Shown: piece by piece, positions 63,412-64,000 of the stretch
How the letters are laid out: the number at the start of each line of letters is the position of its first letter
How positions within the stretch are numbered: the stretch's first letter is position 1
Assembly: GCF_006345805.1 (NCBI RefSeq)
Contig: NC_043001.1
Span: 11,408,001 to 11,472,000 of the forward strand
DNA length: 64,000 nt
Direction: 5' to 3'
Origin: Octopus sinensis
Lineage: Eukaryota
Notes under the pieces: generated by a model
Told to the model about the DNA's origin: nothing
Seen by the model: only the letters and a program-made list of their open reading frames with translations
Database searches by the model: none
Position numbers and translations under genes: made by a program

Positions 63412-63511
63412 NNNNNNNNNNNNNNNNNNNNNNNNNNNNNNNNNNNNNNNNNNNNNNNNNNNNNNNNNNNNNNNNNNNNNNNNNNNNNNNNNNNNNNNNN
63501 NNNNNNNNNNN
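63412..63511. other. Assembly gap (100 N)
   Basis: Run of N. Confidence 1.
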
Positions 63512-63843
63512 CCACTCACACACATGCCGTCACAAACACAGACACTCACACACCCGCGCACATGCATCCACATACTACTGTAGTACAGTGCATATCAGGA
63601 ACAAATGAAATTATACTCAACACTGCAAAACGCTTGAAGGTAAAAAAAAAAATGATCAACGTGTCTGTTTGGAAATTGTATTACACTTATCCATCACTTT
63701 GAATTGCATCAATTAATAAAAGATGTTATACTACTAAACTCTGCTCTTTACAAAATCCGAAAGCGCCTCCAGCGGTTCATTCCCATTGTTTATATTTTCG
63801 ATTACTTTTAGTTTGGTTTCCTGTTCTTTCACAAAAATCAATA

Positions 63844-64000
63844 GGCGCAGGAGTGGCTGTGTGGTAAGTAGCTTGCTAACCAACCACATGGTTCCGGGTT
63901 CAGTCCCACTGCGTGGTACCTTGGGCAAGTGTCTTCTGCTATAGCCTCGGGCCGACCAAAGCCTTGTGAGTGGATTTGGTAGACGGAAACTGAAAGAAGC
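63844..64000 (+). mobile_element. SINE family B 5' half (cut by the window end)
   Basis: ggcgcaggagtggctgtgtggtaag...ctgaaagaagc. Confidence 0.88.

Overview
This is an AT-rich eukaryotic window made almost entirely of repeats. The SINE families, very long (AT)n/(ATCT)n/(AC)n microsatellites and transposon mix resemble an octopus (coleoid cephalopod) genome; that assignment is from recall and was not checked. I find no intact host gene. Nearly all listed ORFs are microsatellite or SINE read-throughs, and the rest are decayed transposon fragments: CR1-type, R4/Dong-type, Hero-type, L1/Tx1-type and RTE LINE pieces, two mariner relics, a probable Chapaev3 relic, four Penelope-like (GIY-YIG) pieces, a non-autonomous Helitron and several MITEs. 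The three most interesting signals are: (1) a Penelope-like family carrying a complete type I hammerhead ribozyme (3 near-identical copies) with a minimal self-complementary stem III and an unusually long 60-nt stem II, set in inverted-repeat architectures (about 220-bp arms; a second, unrelated Penelope-like insertion has about 666-bp arms); (2) a tRNA-derived SINE that repeatedly forms head-to-tail multimers restarting at a fixed internal point; (3) sites where several SINEs are stacked between copies of the same short target sequence, and one SINE flanked by a ~99-bp duplication that starts inside a tRNA-like sequence. A 100-N assembly gap lies at 63412-63511. Boundaries of decayed elements are approximate.
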